Shown: positions 16,270 to 25,520 of the stretch, in pieces
Layout of the letters: each line of letters starts with the position of its first letter
Numbering within the stretch: position 1 is the first letter of the stretch
DNA from: a virus
Taxonomy: Duplodnaviria > Caudoviricetes
Length of the DNA: 36,768 nt
Strand: one strand, 5' to 3'
IMG/VR virus record: IMGVR_UViG_3300030330_006431
Coordinates: 1 to 36,768 of that record
Notes under the pieces: model-generated
What the model was told of the DNA's origin: nothing
What the model saw: only the letters and a program-made list of their open reading frames with translations
Databases searched by the model: none
Program-made: the position numbers and the translations under genes

Positions 16270-17946
16270 CTATGACCATTCTAAGATAACAACACCGTCA
16301 CTTGGAGGAGGTCCATATGCTGTTCCAGAATGAGCGCCTTGCCCTCCACCCGGTGCAGGTGCATTACCGAAGTATGAAGAAGCCCCTAATGATTCTTCCC
16401 TTCCACTCCCTCCATCTGTATCAATTAATCCTGAACCACCATTTATAATAAATCCATTTAATACGTGAGCATTTGAAGTATCAATAGTTCCACCAGCAGT
16501 AGCCGACGCTGTCTGTAAACTTTGCACGGAAACATCCTGCCCGCCTTCATATATTCCACCATCAGCAGTTACAATAGCAGTTCCATCTGTTAATCTAATG
16601 CGTGACGGATTACCATTTACTGGTCCATCTGCTGTAGTAAATCCTTGTCCAACCTCAATAGTAAACTCTGTCCCTGGCTTAGCTGATAAATTACCTATAG
16701 CAGTAGCTCCAGCTCCTCCTGGTGTCGCTCCTCCTTTAGTACCAGTTCCTGTAACTGTGTATTTAACAAAATGTATACCATCAGGAAAAGTAAATGTATG
16801 AACCCCCTGGGTATTAAAAACAACTTGCCCTGGCGCAGGTTTTTCAATGGTTACAGAACCACTTAACGGATTAAATGATATCCCAGTTTTATCAACTTTA
16901 TTTGTACCAGCTGGATTATCTACAAAAGCAGAAAGATTGCCGCCAATAGTAAAGGTTGGAGCCGTAACCCCGCCAATAGCCTTAATAATAAAATTCATTC
17001 CAGTAGCTGAAAGACCTGCAGCGGTGTGAGATCCCGTAGTAACAGGAAACACAGTACTATCAGCTGGTACTTCGTAACCATATAGAGCTTTTTGAAGCAG
17101 GTTAGGGACCCTAAAGTGATCAGCAGTTTCACCACCTGTATTATAATCTGTTCCTATAGTTACCGATAGATCTGGGTAAGAAGTACTTTCATATTCTGCT
17201 CCATCACACTCTAACCAACCATAAGGTACACCGTTACTAGCAGAAGCAAAAGGTACTATAGTTCCTACAGGCAAAACACTTGCAGTTGTTGGCGATACAC
17301 CAGATTCAATAATACTTGGTACTTTCCAAGATAAGTTTCCAGATGCATCCGACCCTAAAAACGTACTATTTGATGGACCAACACCTGGAAAATCATAATC
17401 TATTGTATTTATTTTTAATTTTGTAGGTAAGGTAAGATAACTAGTAGCATCTACTGTTTTTTGATTAATTTTATCAATAGTTATAGTTGAGCTTAGTGCT
17501 ATTCTATCTGAACTATTTATTTCTAAGCTTTGACCTAAAGCATCAGCGTCAAAATTACCAGCAGATAACGTACCAACTGTTATTTTATTATCTGTACCTA
17601 TATTGATTGTAGTGTTACCTGCACTTAATAAATTAGATACTTTTAACCAATCAGCTTCATTTGAACCGTTACCTCCAATAAGAACTTTCAAAGTATTAGT
17701 ATCCGTTTCAAAACCATAATCACCGGTTACACACGGAGCAAGAGTAGTAATATCTGCTGCCTTACCTTGATATTTATTTCCTACTATTAATCCTCCTTTT
17801 GTGGTAGCGTCACCTATATAGAGTCTCTGTGTATCAGTAGTATAGCCTAGCTCTCCATTTTCAAGTGTTATGTTAGTTCTATCGTTATCAGTACCACGCC
17901 TGACTAAAAGCTTGATTAAGGTATTTTCTAAAATTTCTATTGACAT
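16270..17946 (-). CDS. Tail fibre: Mtd_N-like N-terminus, tail-collar domain, C-terminal Gly-rich domain
   Basis: VRRG..GELGYTTDT.RLYIGD; LPVGTIVPFA..GWLECDG..YPDL..IG..F.VPNL..NFIIK; TFTFPDG..GGAG..IEVGQG. TAAATA at 17953-17958. Confidence 0.85.
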   Translation of the reverse strand: MSIEILENTLIKLLVRRGTDNDRTNITLENGELGYTTDTQRLYIGDATTKGGLIVGNKYQGKAADITTLAPCVTGDYGFETDTNTLKVLIGGNGSNEADWLKVSNLLSAGNTTINIGTDNKITVGTLSAGNFDADALGQSLEINSSDRIALSSTITIDKINQKTVDATSYLTLPTKLKINTIDYDFPGVGPSNSTFLGSDASGNLSWKVPSIIESGVSPTTASVLPVGTIVPFASASNGVPYGWLECDGAEYESTSYPDLSVTIGTDYNTGGETADHFRVPNLLQKALYGYEVPADSTVFPVTTGSHTAAGLSATGMNFIIKAIGGVTAPTFTIGGNLSAFVDNPAGTNKVDKTGISFNPLSGSVTIEKPAPGQVVFNTQGVHTFTFPDGIHFVKYTVTGTGTKGGATPGGAGATAIGNLSAKPGTEFTIEVGQGFTTADGPVNGNPSRIRLTDGTAIVTADGGIYEGGQDVSVQSLQTASATAGGTIDTSNAHVLNGFIINGGSGLIDTDGGSGREESLGASSYFGNAPAPGGGQGAHSGTAYGPPPSDGVVILEWS

Positions 17947-17955
17947 TGTTAATAT

Positions 17956-19455
17956 TTAATAGTTAAAAATTGGTATTGCAAATTTATCAAATGTTTCGTC
18001 ACTATCAGGATTACGTACATCTCCCGATAAAGCAAAAGTAATAAACCCTGCTGAACTTAATGTTACGCTATCTCCTAAACTATTAGTACCGCTATATACT
18101 TGATTATTATTTCTTCCTACAGCACCTATTGATACAGCATTAGGCGCGCCATTGAAAAGATTCGTAACAGCGTCTTTTTTATATTTTATAATAAAGTTAA
18201 CTCCAAAACCACTTAATATAGCACCACTGCTGCTACCATCACCAGTTAAGAATTTTTGTGATCCATCAAAATCACCTGCTACAGGAGCTAGTGAACCTGC
18301 TCCGTATAATGTTGCCGGCATACCACCACCTGTGAGATTAGGTAAAGAAAAAGTATCTCCGGATCCATCACCATTACCATAACTATCACCAATAACATCA
18401 TATAACTCACTATATTCAGATTGACTTAAAGTCCTACCATTAGCTAGCAAAAATCCGGGCGGTACAGAGTTAGTAAATGCCCGGGCATGAGGTAATAAGG
18501 TACCAACAGGTATCGAGCTTTGCGCTCCTTGTGTACCTGATAAAGATATACCGGTAACAACATCATATATAGAAGAATTGATAGCTTTTATAAGACCTTT
18601 TTTAACATCTAAAAATGGAAATTCATTAGCAGAAGAATTAGCACCAAACAACGATACCTGACCATCACTTACTGTAAATAAATCAGAATCAATACTTCTT
18701 AAATCAGCTTGTAATTTATTAGTAATAGGATTAAGTGACAATCCGCTATTTACCAAATTACTACCGTCTTGGCCTGCCCAGCTAGAAGCAGCAAGGGTAG
18801 TAGTTCCTAAAGATTTAATTTTTAGTCTATTATCTACATCAAACTCAAATTGAGTAGGATCAATGCTTAACTTGATTGGTGTATTATCTCCACCAACTAA
18901 TCCGGAAGACAGTGCTGTAGTTTTAATTTCTCGTTCAGTAATAGAGTTAGCTACAGGGGTAATTTTTTCGCCTGATATTTCTAAATAAGTTGAATTAATG
19001 TTAACCTTAGCAACTCCTCCTGCTGCTGAGAGTAACCCTTCACCAAAGAACGCTGACTTTAAAAACTGAGAATCAAATGTATCTTTTTTAATAGTGAGTT
19101 TATTATCTGAATCAAATTCTAAAAATGTTTCATCAGGAACCGTTCCAATATACGCATAACCACTTAATGAATCATTGTAATTAGTGGATGTAAGCATATA
19201 TAACTTACTGTTTGCGTATCCTATATCACCTATTTGTAATCCTGGTGAACTATCCGGTCCTAAACTAGAATCAGCAGCAAAAGGTCCTACATTTTTAGTA
19301 CCTACTGACTGGCCTCCAAAAGTCGATCCATCACCTACAAAAAGTCTTCTTGTATCAAGAGTGTAACCTATTTCACCTTGATCTAAAACAATAGTCTTTC
19401 GTTGCGCATCGGAACCGCGCCTTACTTTTAATTTTACTATAGTAATATTTGCCAT
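17956..19455 (-). CDS. Tail fibre paralog: Mtd_N-like N-terminus and tail-collar domain
   Basis: KVRRG..GEIGYTLDT.RLFVGDG; IPVGTLLP..GFLLANG..YSELYDVIG..TFSLPNL..NFIIKY. Confidence 0.85.
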   Translation of the reverse strand: MANITIVKLKVRRGSDAQRKTIVLDQGEIGYTLDTRRLFVGDGSTFGGQSVGTKNVGPFAADSSLGPDSSPGLQIGDIGYANSKLYMLTSTNYNDSLSGYAYIGTVPDETFLEFDSDNKLTIKKDTFDSQFLKSAFFGEGLLSAAGGVAKVNINSTYLEISGEKITPVANSITEREIKTTALSSGLVGGDNTPIKLSIDPTQFEFDVDNRLKIKSLGTTTLAASSWAGQDGSNLVNSGLSLNPITNKLQADLRSIDSDLFTVSDGQVSLFGANSSANEFPFLDVKKGLIKAINSSIYDVVTGISLSGTQGAQSSIPVGTLLPHARAFTNSVPPGFLLANGRTLSQSEYSELYDVIGDSYGNGDGSGDTFSLPNLTGGGMPATLYGAGSLAPVAGDFDGSQKFLTGDGSSSGAILSGFGVNFIIKYKKDAVTNLFNGAPNAVSIGAVGRNNNQVYSGTNSLGDSVTLSSAGFITFALSGDVRNPDSDETFDKFAIPIFNY

Positions 19456-19459
19456 AAAT

Positions 19460-20629
19460 TTATGCTATTCTTTTCCAAACATAAACTCCATACGAAGGAG
19501 GTATGTTATTATGTGCTAAGTTCTCACCAACAGAAGCCGAAACCCGGGTATTGTTAGCGCTTTCATTTCTATTTATTATATCTGACGGTGCTGTATTAAT
19601 AGGTACGTTATTATTTTGTGTTAAAAAATCACCTGCAGTAGCTTCACCTATATCTACAGCTCCTAATTCTTTTGCGTATTCGTATGGAGTTTTACTTGTC
19701 GTTATTATCTCGTCATATTCATAATGTGCTGGATTGCCAAGTTCTTCGAATATTTTAACTTTAGTATCTGAAACAAATCTAGTTTCTCCATTCCATATAC
19801 CTATCATTTCTTTAAATTTATATTCCGTAGCCCAGCTACTAGTATAACTAGCTCTTACAGCAGCTGAATAGTTAGCAGCTGACCCTCTATCAAATGCAAA
19901 ATCTAATGCATAAAGCCATGGATAAGATTGCCACCTATCTAAAAAAGCTGCATTTCTAAAATTAATTAAGTACTGATTACCGTATTCCCCAGGAAAGGCA
20001 TATACTTTTGTTCCTAGAGCTAATCTAGCATTTTGTTGTTCTTTAAATGTAAGAGTTGAATCAATAATACCTACGTTTGGAGCTTGAAAAGAGAGATTCG
20101 AACCCGCAGGATTAGGAATTTGAACATCTACCGCACCAATATTAACATCGTGGGTATGAGCTGGTAAATTTTGTTGTAGTAACTCAGTTAAATACTCACC
20201 AGCGGTATCTCCATTACCATTTCTTAAACCTGCAGCTTCTTCCTCAGCGCCTCCAGGGCAAAACTCCCTCATAGTTCCATTTTTATCAGTAAGTATACCT
20301 GTTCCAACTAAAAACCTACCTTGAGCTACTTGCTCCCAAACCGTACCAGCTATTCTTGTCGTTGGGTTATTATCATCAAACGTTAACTGTATACTTCCAA
20401 CAGGGAAAAAACTATCCAACCATTCAAGAGGAGCTCTTGTAGTAAAACCTCGTGGATAGATATAATTATTTACTACTACCCTATCTCCAGATAACGCTAA
20501 ACCAGTTGAATTACCTGCTCCATCGAAGACTTGATTCAAAGGACCTTTTTCGCCAAGTTCAGCTCCGCTTAAATGTAAAAGCGAAGTATATAAATCAGAT
20601 ATGAATTGATTTTCTAAACTTTCAGGCAT
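19460..20629 (-). CDS. Baseplate/short-fibre protein with T4 gp10 C-terminal-type domain
   Basis: FPVGSI..NP...W..VAQGRFLVG..GEY..L...LPAHTH ... HNNIPPSYGVYVWKRIA; TAAATA at 20635-20640. Confidence 0.8.
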   Translation of the reverse strand: MPESLENQFISDLYTSLLHLSGAELGEKGPLNQVFDGAGNSTGLALSGDRVVVNNYIYPRGFTTRAPLEWLDSFFPVGSIQLTFDDNNPTTRIAGTVWEQVAQGRFLVGTGILTDKNGTMREFCPGGAEEEAAGLRNGNGDTAGEYLTELLQQNLPAHTHDVNIGAVDVQIPNPAGSNLSFQAPNVGIIDSTLTFKEQQNARLALGTKVYAFPGEYGNQYLINFRNAAFLDRWQSYPWLYALDFAFDRGSAANYSAAVRASYTSSWATEYKFKEMIGIWNGETRFVSDTKVKIFEELGNPAHYEYDEIITTSKTPYEYAKELGAVDIGEATAGDFLTQNNNVPINTAPSDIINRNESANNTRVSASVGENLAHNNIPPSYGVYVWKRIA

Positions 20630-20664
20630 ACTATTATTTATGTCAAAATCTTTAAATACTACTA

Positions 20665-22980
20665 CTAGTCTATTTTTCCGTAAACTATGCCTCCTTGAAT
20701 AGTAAAATTAGAATTGTTTTTAGAATCTACTGCTTTACCTCCTTTGCCTCCTTTAGGTCTGCGACCTCTTAAAGAAGATCTTAAATTACCTATAAAATCA
20801 CCACCATCGGCGCCCCAACCACCACCTCCAGCAGCGTTGCCCCATGGAGACTTTTTCCTTGATCTTTTAGAATTTTTACCCTTACTTTTTCCATTACCTC
20901 CATTACCACCGCCATAATCACCACCTCTACCACCTCTAGCATTTCTTTTTAATATTCGACCGCCACCGCCGCCGCCTCCATGAGGATCGTTTCCGCTTTG
21001 CTGCCACCCACCGGCTCCGCCACCACCTGCTTCACCACCTCGGCCTTGCAAATATTGTTTGTCACCTCTACTTCTAAATCTACCACCGCGTCTACTAATG
21101 CCCCCGCTTTCGTTACGCCAGTTACCGCCATCTTTACCCTTTTTACCCACTCTTCCTCCATCACCTCCCTTTTCCCACGCACCGCGTCTTCCAGGTGACT
21201 TATTTCTATCCGGAGATGAGCCAACGCCTCCCTTTCCACCACCAGCGCCACCACCCCCGCCTCCGTAGTTTCCAGATCCACTACCAGCTCCACCCCCACC
21301 GCCACCAGCAATAGCGCCTCTTCTATTGTTTATTACAATTCTAGAAGATGTATTAATTTTAATAGCATCACCACCCGGCCATCCATCAGCTTTATTTTTA
21401 TTTGGAGGTCGACCTACAGACCATGAATAACGACTATTATTACCAGCTGCATACGAACCACCATCTCCTCCTCTACCCATTATAAATCCATTATTTATTA
21501 AAGTTAATCCACCCGGCCAGTTACCTGTAGTAAGAGCAGGTTTTTCCATATCATCAGAATATATATAAACATTATTTCTTATAGTTATTTCAGCTGGACT
21601 TCTACCATCCCAACCTCTATCCCTCGCCCAATTATATAAGTTTAAATGTTTCTTATTTGATACTATTGTACCTCTCCAAGTTACATCTGGTGCTGGACCT
21701 TCCGGTGTATCAATGATTGGTGGTGTTATTTCTACTCCACCTCCTGGAGGAACCTCTGGTTCTATATAATCTAGAGGTACTCTTCTCCATAAGTATAAAC
21801 CATAGTTTGGTGGTATGTTGTTATGTGAATAAGTGTCTCCTGTATTAGAAGAAGCTCTAGTTGTTGACCCCTTTACTTGTTCATTAGCATAAGCGCTGAA
21901 AATATTAGCATTATTAACCTGCTCGTCTAATTCTTTTAAACGGTTAACACCTTCTAGGGCTATAGCTGCTTGTTCTTCCCCTAATACATCTATAATAATA
22001 TTTCTTGCTCGTAAAAGATCTTCAGAGCTTAAACGACCCGGGTGAACTCTATCAGAATCTCTTGGATCATAATCAGCTTGCTCTAATTTTATAGATGTAC
22101 CGCTCCATGGAACTCCAACCGGTCTAGGACTATCTGTAATAAAAATTTTTGTATTTGGAATTGAAGAGCTTATTAATCCACCCCATCCGGGTCCATTAAC
22201 TACACTACCTCCCCAACCAGCTAATGAATAGCTAGCTATTTTAGGATCAAAATCGAGGTCAGTATATCGATAGCCTTCATCATGGCGCTTCTTTATTAAA
22301 AATTCTCTATAATTCCTTTGACCGTTAAATGTAGTGTTATTTTGAAACGCTTCAATTTCATCTTGATTTAAAAAATAAGAATATGGGTTATTGGATACAT
22401 TAGGAAGTAAATCAGAATTTGTACTATATAATTTTTCTTCTGTTAATCCTCGAGGATTAATAGGATCACCAAAATAATAACAAAATACATTTGTTAATAC
22501 TGTATCACCTTTAATTGTAGTTCGAACATTTACATCATGTGTATGTGCAGGTAAGGTGTTATTGTTCAATTTTACAGTATACTCACCAGCTCTATCTCCT
22601 GAAGCAAGTCCCCCGCTACCAGCTGTAAATCTTTTATCTGTTCCACCGACGCCTACTAAGAACTGTCCACCACCTTCTTGTACCCATTTTGTATTTGCTA
22701 TTCTTTTAGTTGGGTTATCATTGGTAGTAGTTAGCATTATACTGTTTATAGGGAAAAACGCATCTAACCATTCATTTACTTCATTACTACTTGGAGCAAT
22801 ATAATGAGAAAATGTTACTCTATCACCCTGCGCGCTTAAGGAGATACCGGTAGGATTACCGATACCATCAAATACTTGATTATTATCACCTGAAGTAACA
22901 TCAAATCCGCTTAGATGCAAGAGAGAAGAATAGTAATCAGCTATTCTTAAATCTTTTAAACTTTCTCCTCTATTCAACAT
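20665..22980 (-). CDS. gp10-C-type fibre protein fused to a T-even gp38-like glycine-rich adhesin
   Basis: Paralog of 19460..20629 up to HNNIPPNYGLYLWRR, then a Pro linker, then LINNGFIMGRGGDGG, GGDAI, INN..GAIAGGGGGG, GGWGA.G. TAAATA at 22986-22991. Confidence 0.82.
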   Translation of the reverse strand: MLNRGESLKDLRIADYYSSLLHLSGFDVTSGDNNQVFDGIGNPTGISLSAQGDRVTFSHYIAPSSNEVNEWLDAFFPINSIMLTTTNDNPTKRIANTKWVQEGGGQFLVGVGGTDKRFTAGSGGLASGDRAGEYTVKLNNNTLPAHTHDVNVRTTIKGDTVLTNVFCYYFGDPINPRGLTEEKLYSTNSDLLPNVSNNPYSYFLNQDEIEAFQNNTTFNGQRNYREFLIKKRHDEGYRYTDLDFDPKIASYSLAGWGGSVVNGPGWGGLISSSIPNTKIFITDSPRPVGVPWSGTSIKLEQADYDPRDSDRVHPGRLSSEDLLRARNIIIDVLGEEQAAIALEGVNRLKELDEQVNNANIFSAYANEQVKGSTTRASSNTGDTYSHNNIPPNYGLYLWRRVPLDYIEPEVPPGGGVEITPPIIDTPEGPAPDVTWRGTIVSNKKHLNLYNWARDRGWDGRSPAEITIRNNVYIYSDDMEKPALTTGNWPGGLTLINNGFIMGRGGDGGSYAAGNNSRYSWSVGRPPNKNKADGWPGGDAIKINTSSRIVINNRRGAIAGGGGGGAGSGSGNYGGGGGGAGGGKGGVGSSPDRNKSPGRRGAWEKGGDGGRVGKKGKDGGNWRNESGGISRRGGRFRSRGDKQYLQGRGGEAGGGGAGGWQQSGNDPHGGGGGGGRILKRNARGGRGGDYGGGNGGNGKSKGKNSKRSRKKSPWGNAAGGGGWGADGGDFIGNLRSSLRGRRPKGGKGGKAVDSKNNSNFTIQGGIVYGKID

Positions 22981-22988
22981 AATCTTAT

Positions 22989-25520
22989 TTAGTATGATCC
23001 TCCCGTACTACCACTACTTGTATTTGCTGAACCGGGCATGTTGTTTGGTCCTGTATCTCTTAGTTGTCGTGTCGGCGGACTAGGGTCTGAAAAGAGGCCC
23101 CCAACCCCGGGGTCCGCTTGTAAAAAATCATTTGGATTCAAGAAAATATCTCCTCCATAAGCTTCATACACTTTACCACCATCAAAAGTATCTAAATACC
23201 TATGTGGAGTATCAACATGTAGAGGCCCTTCCATAGCTCCTTTTTCAGGATGTATATGGAAAAACCCAACATATTCTTCACCGGTATCTCTTAATATATA
23301 TTGACCACCTGCGGTATACAAATTTTCTTGTACTTCATTACTAAACTCAGTTACATTTTCTACTACATCCGGTCCGGAACCAATTTTATCATCATCATCT
23401 TCACCAGAAACGATAATATTGAAAACAGTCTCTTGTAATTTATAAATTTGATCAAAAACTCTAGAAACAGTATCATAATTCACTTCTTCATTTTCATGAA
23501 ACTCTAGATTACGGAAATTAATATCTATACCTTCGTATGATATAAATTTACCTAAAACCGGTATACCTTCTCTAAATTCTTTATAAGGTATAACACTAGC
23601 ATTTAAAAAGATCTTTGACGTGTCTTTAATTATATTTTGAAGCTCACTGTTAATGGAAATACCAAGGCTTGATTCACAACTAGTAATTTGCTCATATAAA
23701 TTTTTCAAAGTTAAAGGAACAAAATTCTTATAAAGCAATTTACTTTCCTTTAATAGATATATCCTTCCTATATTATGTAATACATAGAACAAATCGGTAC
23801 TATTTTTAGTAACCAAGAAATTTAAATTATTGTAATTATTAGAAGGTAAAGTATTAGAGTTGAATTTTTTCTCAATAGAGTTAAATTGCTCTAAAGTTGA
23901 ATCAAAATACATATCTTCTAAGTAGAGGAGATTTTCAATTGATGGAAATCCTGCTACGTTTTCTGGATTAGTTATAAATCTAGTAGAAATAGCTCCTTCA
24001 TCATCAATTGTAAATATATTTGAATCATTACCAGAAAAATAGATACTTACTTCGCCAGGTCTCACCTTATACTCTACTTGAGGCTTATAACGTCTTAATA
24101 CCTTAGGATTGAAGGGTAATACATAATCACCTTCTTTAGAACTAACTTTATCAATATCTAAATGATATATATAAAATTCTTCGCTTTCATAACCCTCTAA
24201 AGAAGTTAATATTAAAATAGAATCATCTGAGTCTCTTATATCAAAATCCAATATAGCTTCGTTTGGATTAGACGAAACAATATTATTAATAAACTCGTAA
24301 GTATACTTATTAAGGATTTTTACTTTTATTATCGGTATATTATCCTCTATAATTACCGAAACATCATCGTCTGATGTAATATTATTATTTTCATCATTTG
24401 CAATATTTCTTAGAATCCACTCTCTAATAAGTGGAAAATCAAAACCATATGGTTCTGGAAGTTCGACGAGAACATCATTCTCAGGGCTATCCGATATCTG
24501 TGGAGGGGGCCCCCATCTTCTAGGAAACGGCTCTCCATTTGGTGCAAACCAAACACCAGGAACAATTCTTCTTTTGCCGTGAGTGCGTCCTCCATTATTA
24601 ACATACCTTCTATCATCTATAACATCTACTTCATCATCTACAACTTCTACTTCTTCATCAGTATATCTATATCCTAGTACTTCACTTCCTAAGCTTATTT
24701 TATCATCAATTATATTATCATTAAGAGTAACTTGATCTACTAACTTTAGTACTCTACAAGGAGCTACAAAACTATTATCATATAATTTAAGTACAAAACT
24801 AGTTCCAGTATTTTCTAAAGCGTATAAAGTATCAGTATTATTATCGTAAGAAAATCTTTGTGCTCCCTCAAATACATCATCTTCTATTCTTATTAAACTA
24901 CCCCCGTTAACAAAGGATCCGGAGAAGGTGTACGAACTAGTTGATGTAGTAGTAAAATAGTAATACGATTCGTCATCGTATACAAATATAATACTATCTT
25001 TAGTTTCATCTAAAACATCCACACCAGGTACTTTATCAATAAAACTAAAAGGATCTATTTGAATAGGAAAGCTATTAGTTTTAGCTAATTTAGTATCATC
25101 ATTACGTATATCTTCTTTACCACTTGATAATCCTAAGAAATAACTATCTCCATCTTCAACTGAATTTACAAAATCAAATAAATCCGGATTCGCTATAATG
25201 TTTTGTGAAAATAATTTTAAGTTGTTTAAGTTTAAAATTTGTAAATTAGTATCAATAAAATTTTGATCTATTACATTTCTAGGAGAAATTTGAGGTTGTT
25301 TTAATATATTTCTATTAATAGGTGTTGTAGTCCTATCAAACTCAAACTCATTTATAAAACAATTAGCTAAAAATGTATTTTTAGCACTTAATAATTTAGA
25401 ACTAGAACTAAAAGATTTACCAGTGAAAGCCTTACCCTCTACCACGTTAAATAGACCGGTATAATCTACACCGCTTAGCGTAAACGAATCTCCGTTAGTA
25501 TATTTAAAATATTCTATCAT
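22989..25520 (-). CDS. Large baseplate-region protein with a beta-rich (propeller-like) core and internal insertions
   Basis: 843 aa, ATGA-coupled; YTxGxxFxLxGxxYxGxF motif near both ends. Confidence 0.7.
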   Translation of the reverse strand: MIEYFKYTNGDSFTLSGVDYTGLFNVVEGKAFTGKSFSSSSKLLSAKNTFLANCFINEFEFDRTTTPINRNILKQPQISPRNVIDQNFIDTNLQILNLNNLKLFSQNIIANPDLFDFVNSVEDGDSYFLGLSSGKEDIRNDDTKLAKTNSFPIQIDPFSFIDKVPGVDVLDETKDSIIFVYDDESYYYFTTTSTSSYTFSGSFVNGGSLIRIEDDVFEGAQRFSYDNNTDTLYALENTGTSFVLKLYDNSFVAPCRVLKLVDQVTLNDNIIDDKISLGSEVLGYRYTDEEVEVVDDEVDVIDDRRYVNNGGRTHGKRRIVPGVWFAPNGEPFPRRWGPPPQISDSPENDVLVELPEPYGFDFPLIREWILRNIANDENNNITSDDDVSVIIEDNIPIIKVKILNKYTYEFINNIVSSNPNEAILDFDIRDSDDSILILTSLEGYESEEFYIYHLDIDKVSSKEGDYVLPFNPKVLRRYKPQVEYKVRPGEVSIYFSGNDSNIFTIDDEGAISTRFITNPENVAGFPSIENLLYLEDMYFDSTLEQFNSIEKKFNSNTLPSNNYNNLNFLVTKNSTDLFYVLHNIGRIYLLKESKLLYKNFVPLTLKNLYEQITSCESSLGISINSELQNIIKDTSKIFLNASVIPYKEFREGIPVLGKFISYEGIDINFRNLEFHENEEVNYDTVSRVFDQIYKLQETVFNIIVSGEDDDDKIGSGPDVVENVTEFSNEVQENLYTAGGQYILRDTGEEYVGFFHIHPEKGAMEGPLHVDTPHRYLDTFDGGKVYEAYGGDIFLNPNDFLQADPGVGGLFSDPSPPTRQLRDTGPNNMPGSANTSSGSTGGSY

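Noticed and set aside
16270-22980. Diversity-generating retroelement acting on the Mtd_N-bearing fibres
   Set aside because: No reverse transcriptase and no template/variable repeat pair differing at adenines was seen; Mtd_N is only an anchor domain. A remote element outside the window cannot be excluded.
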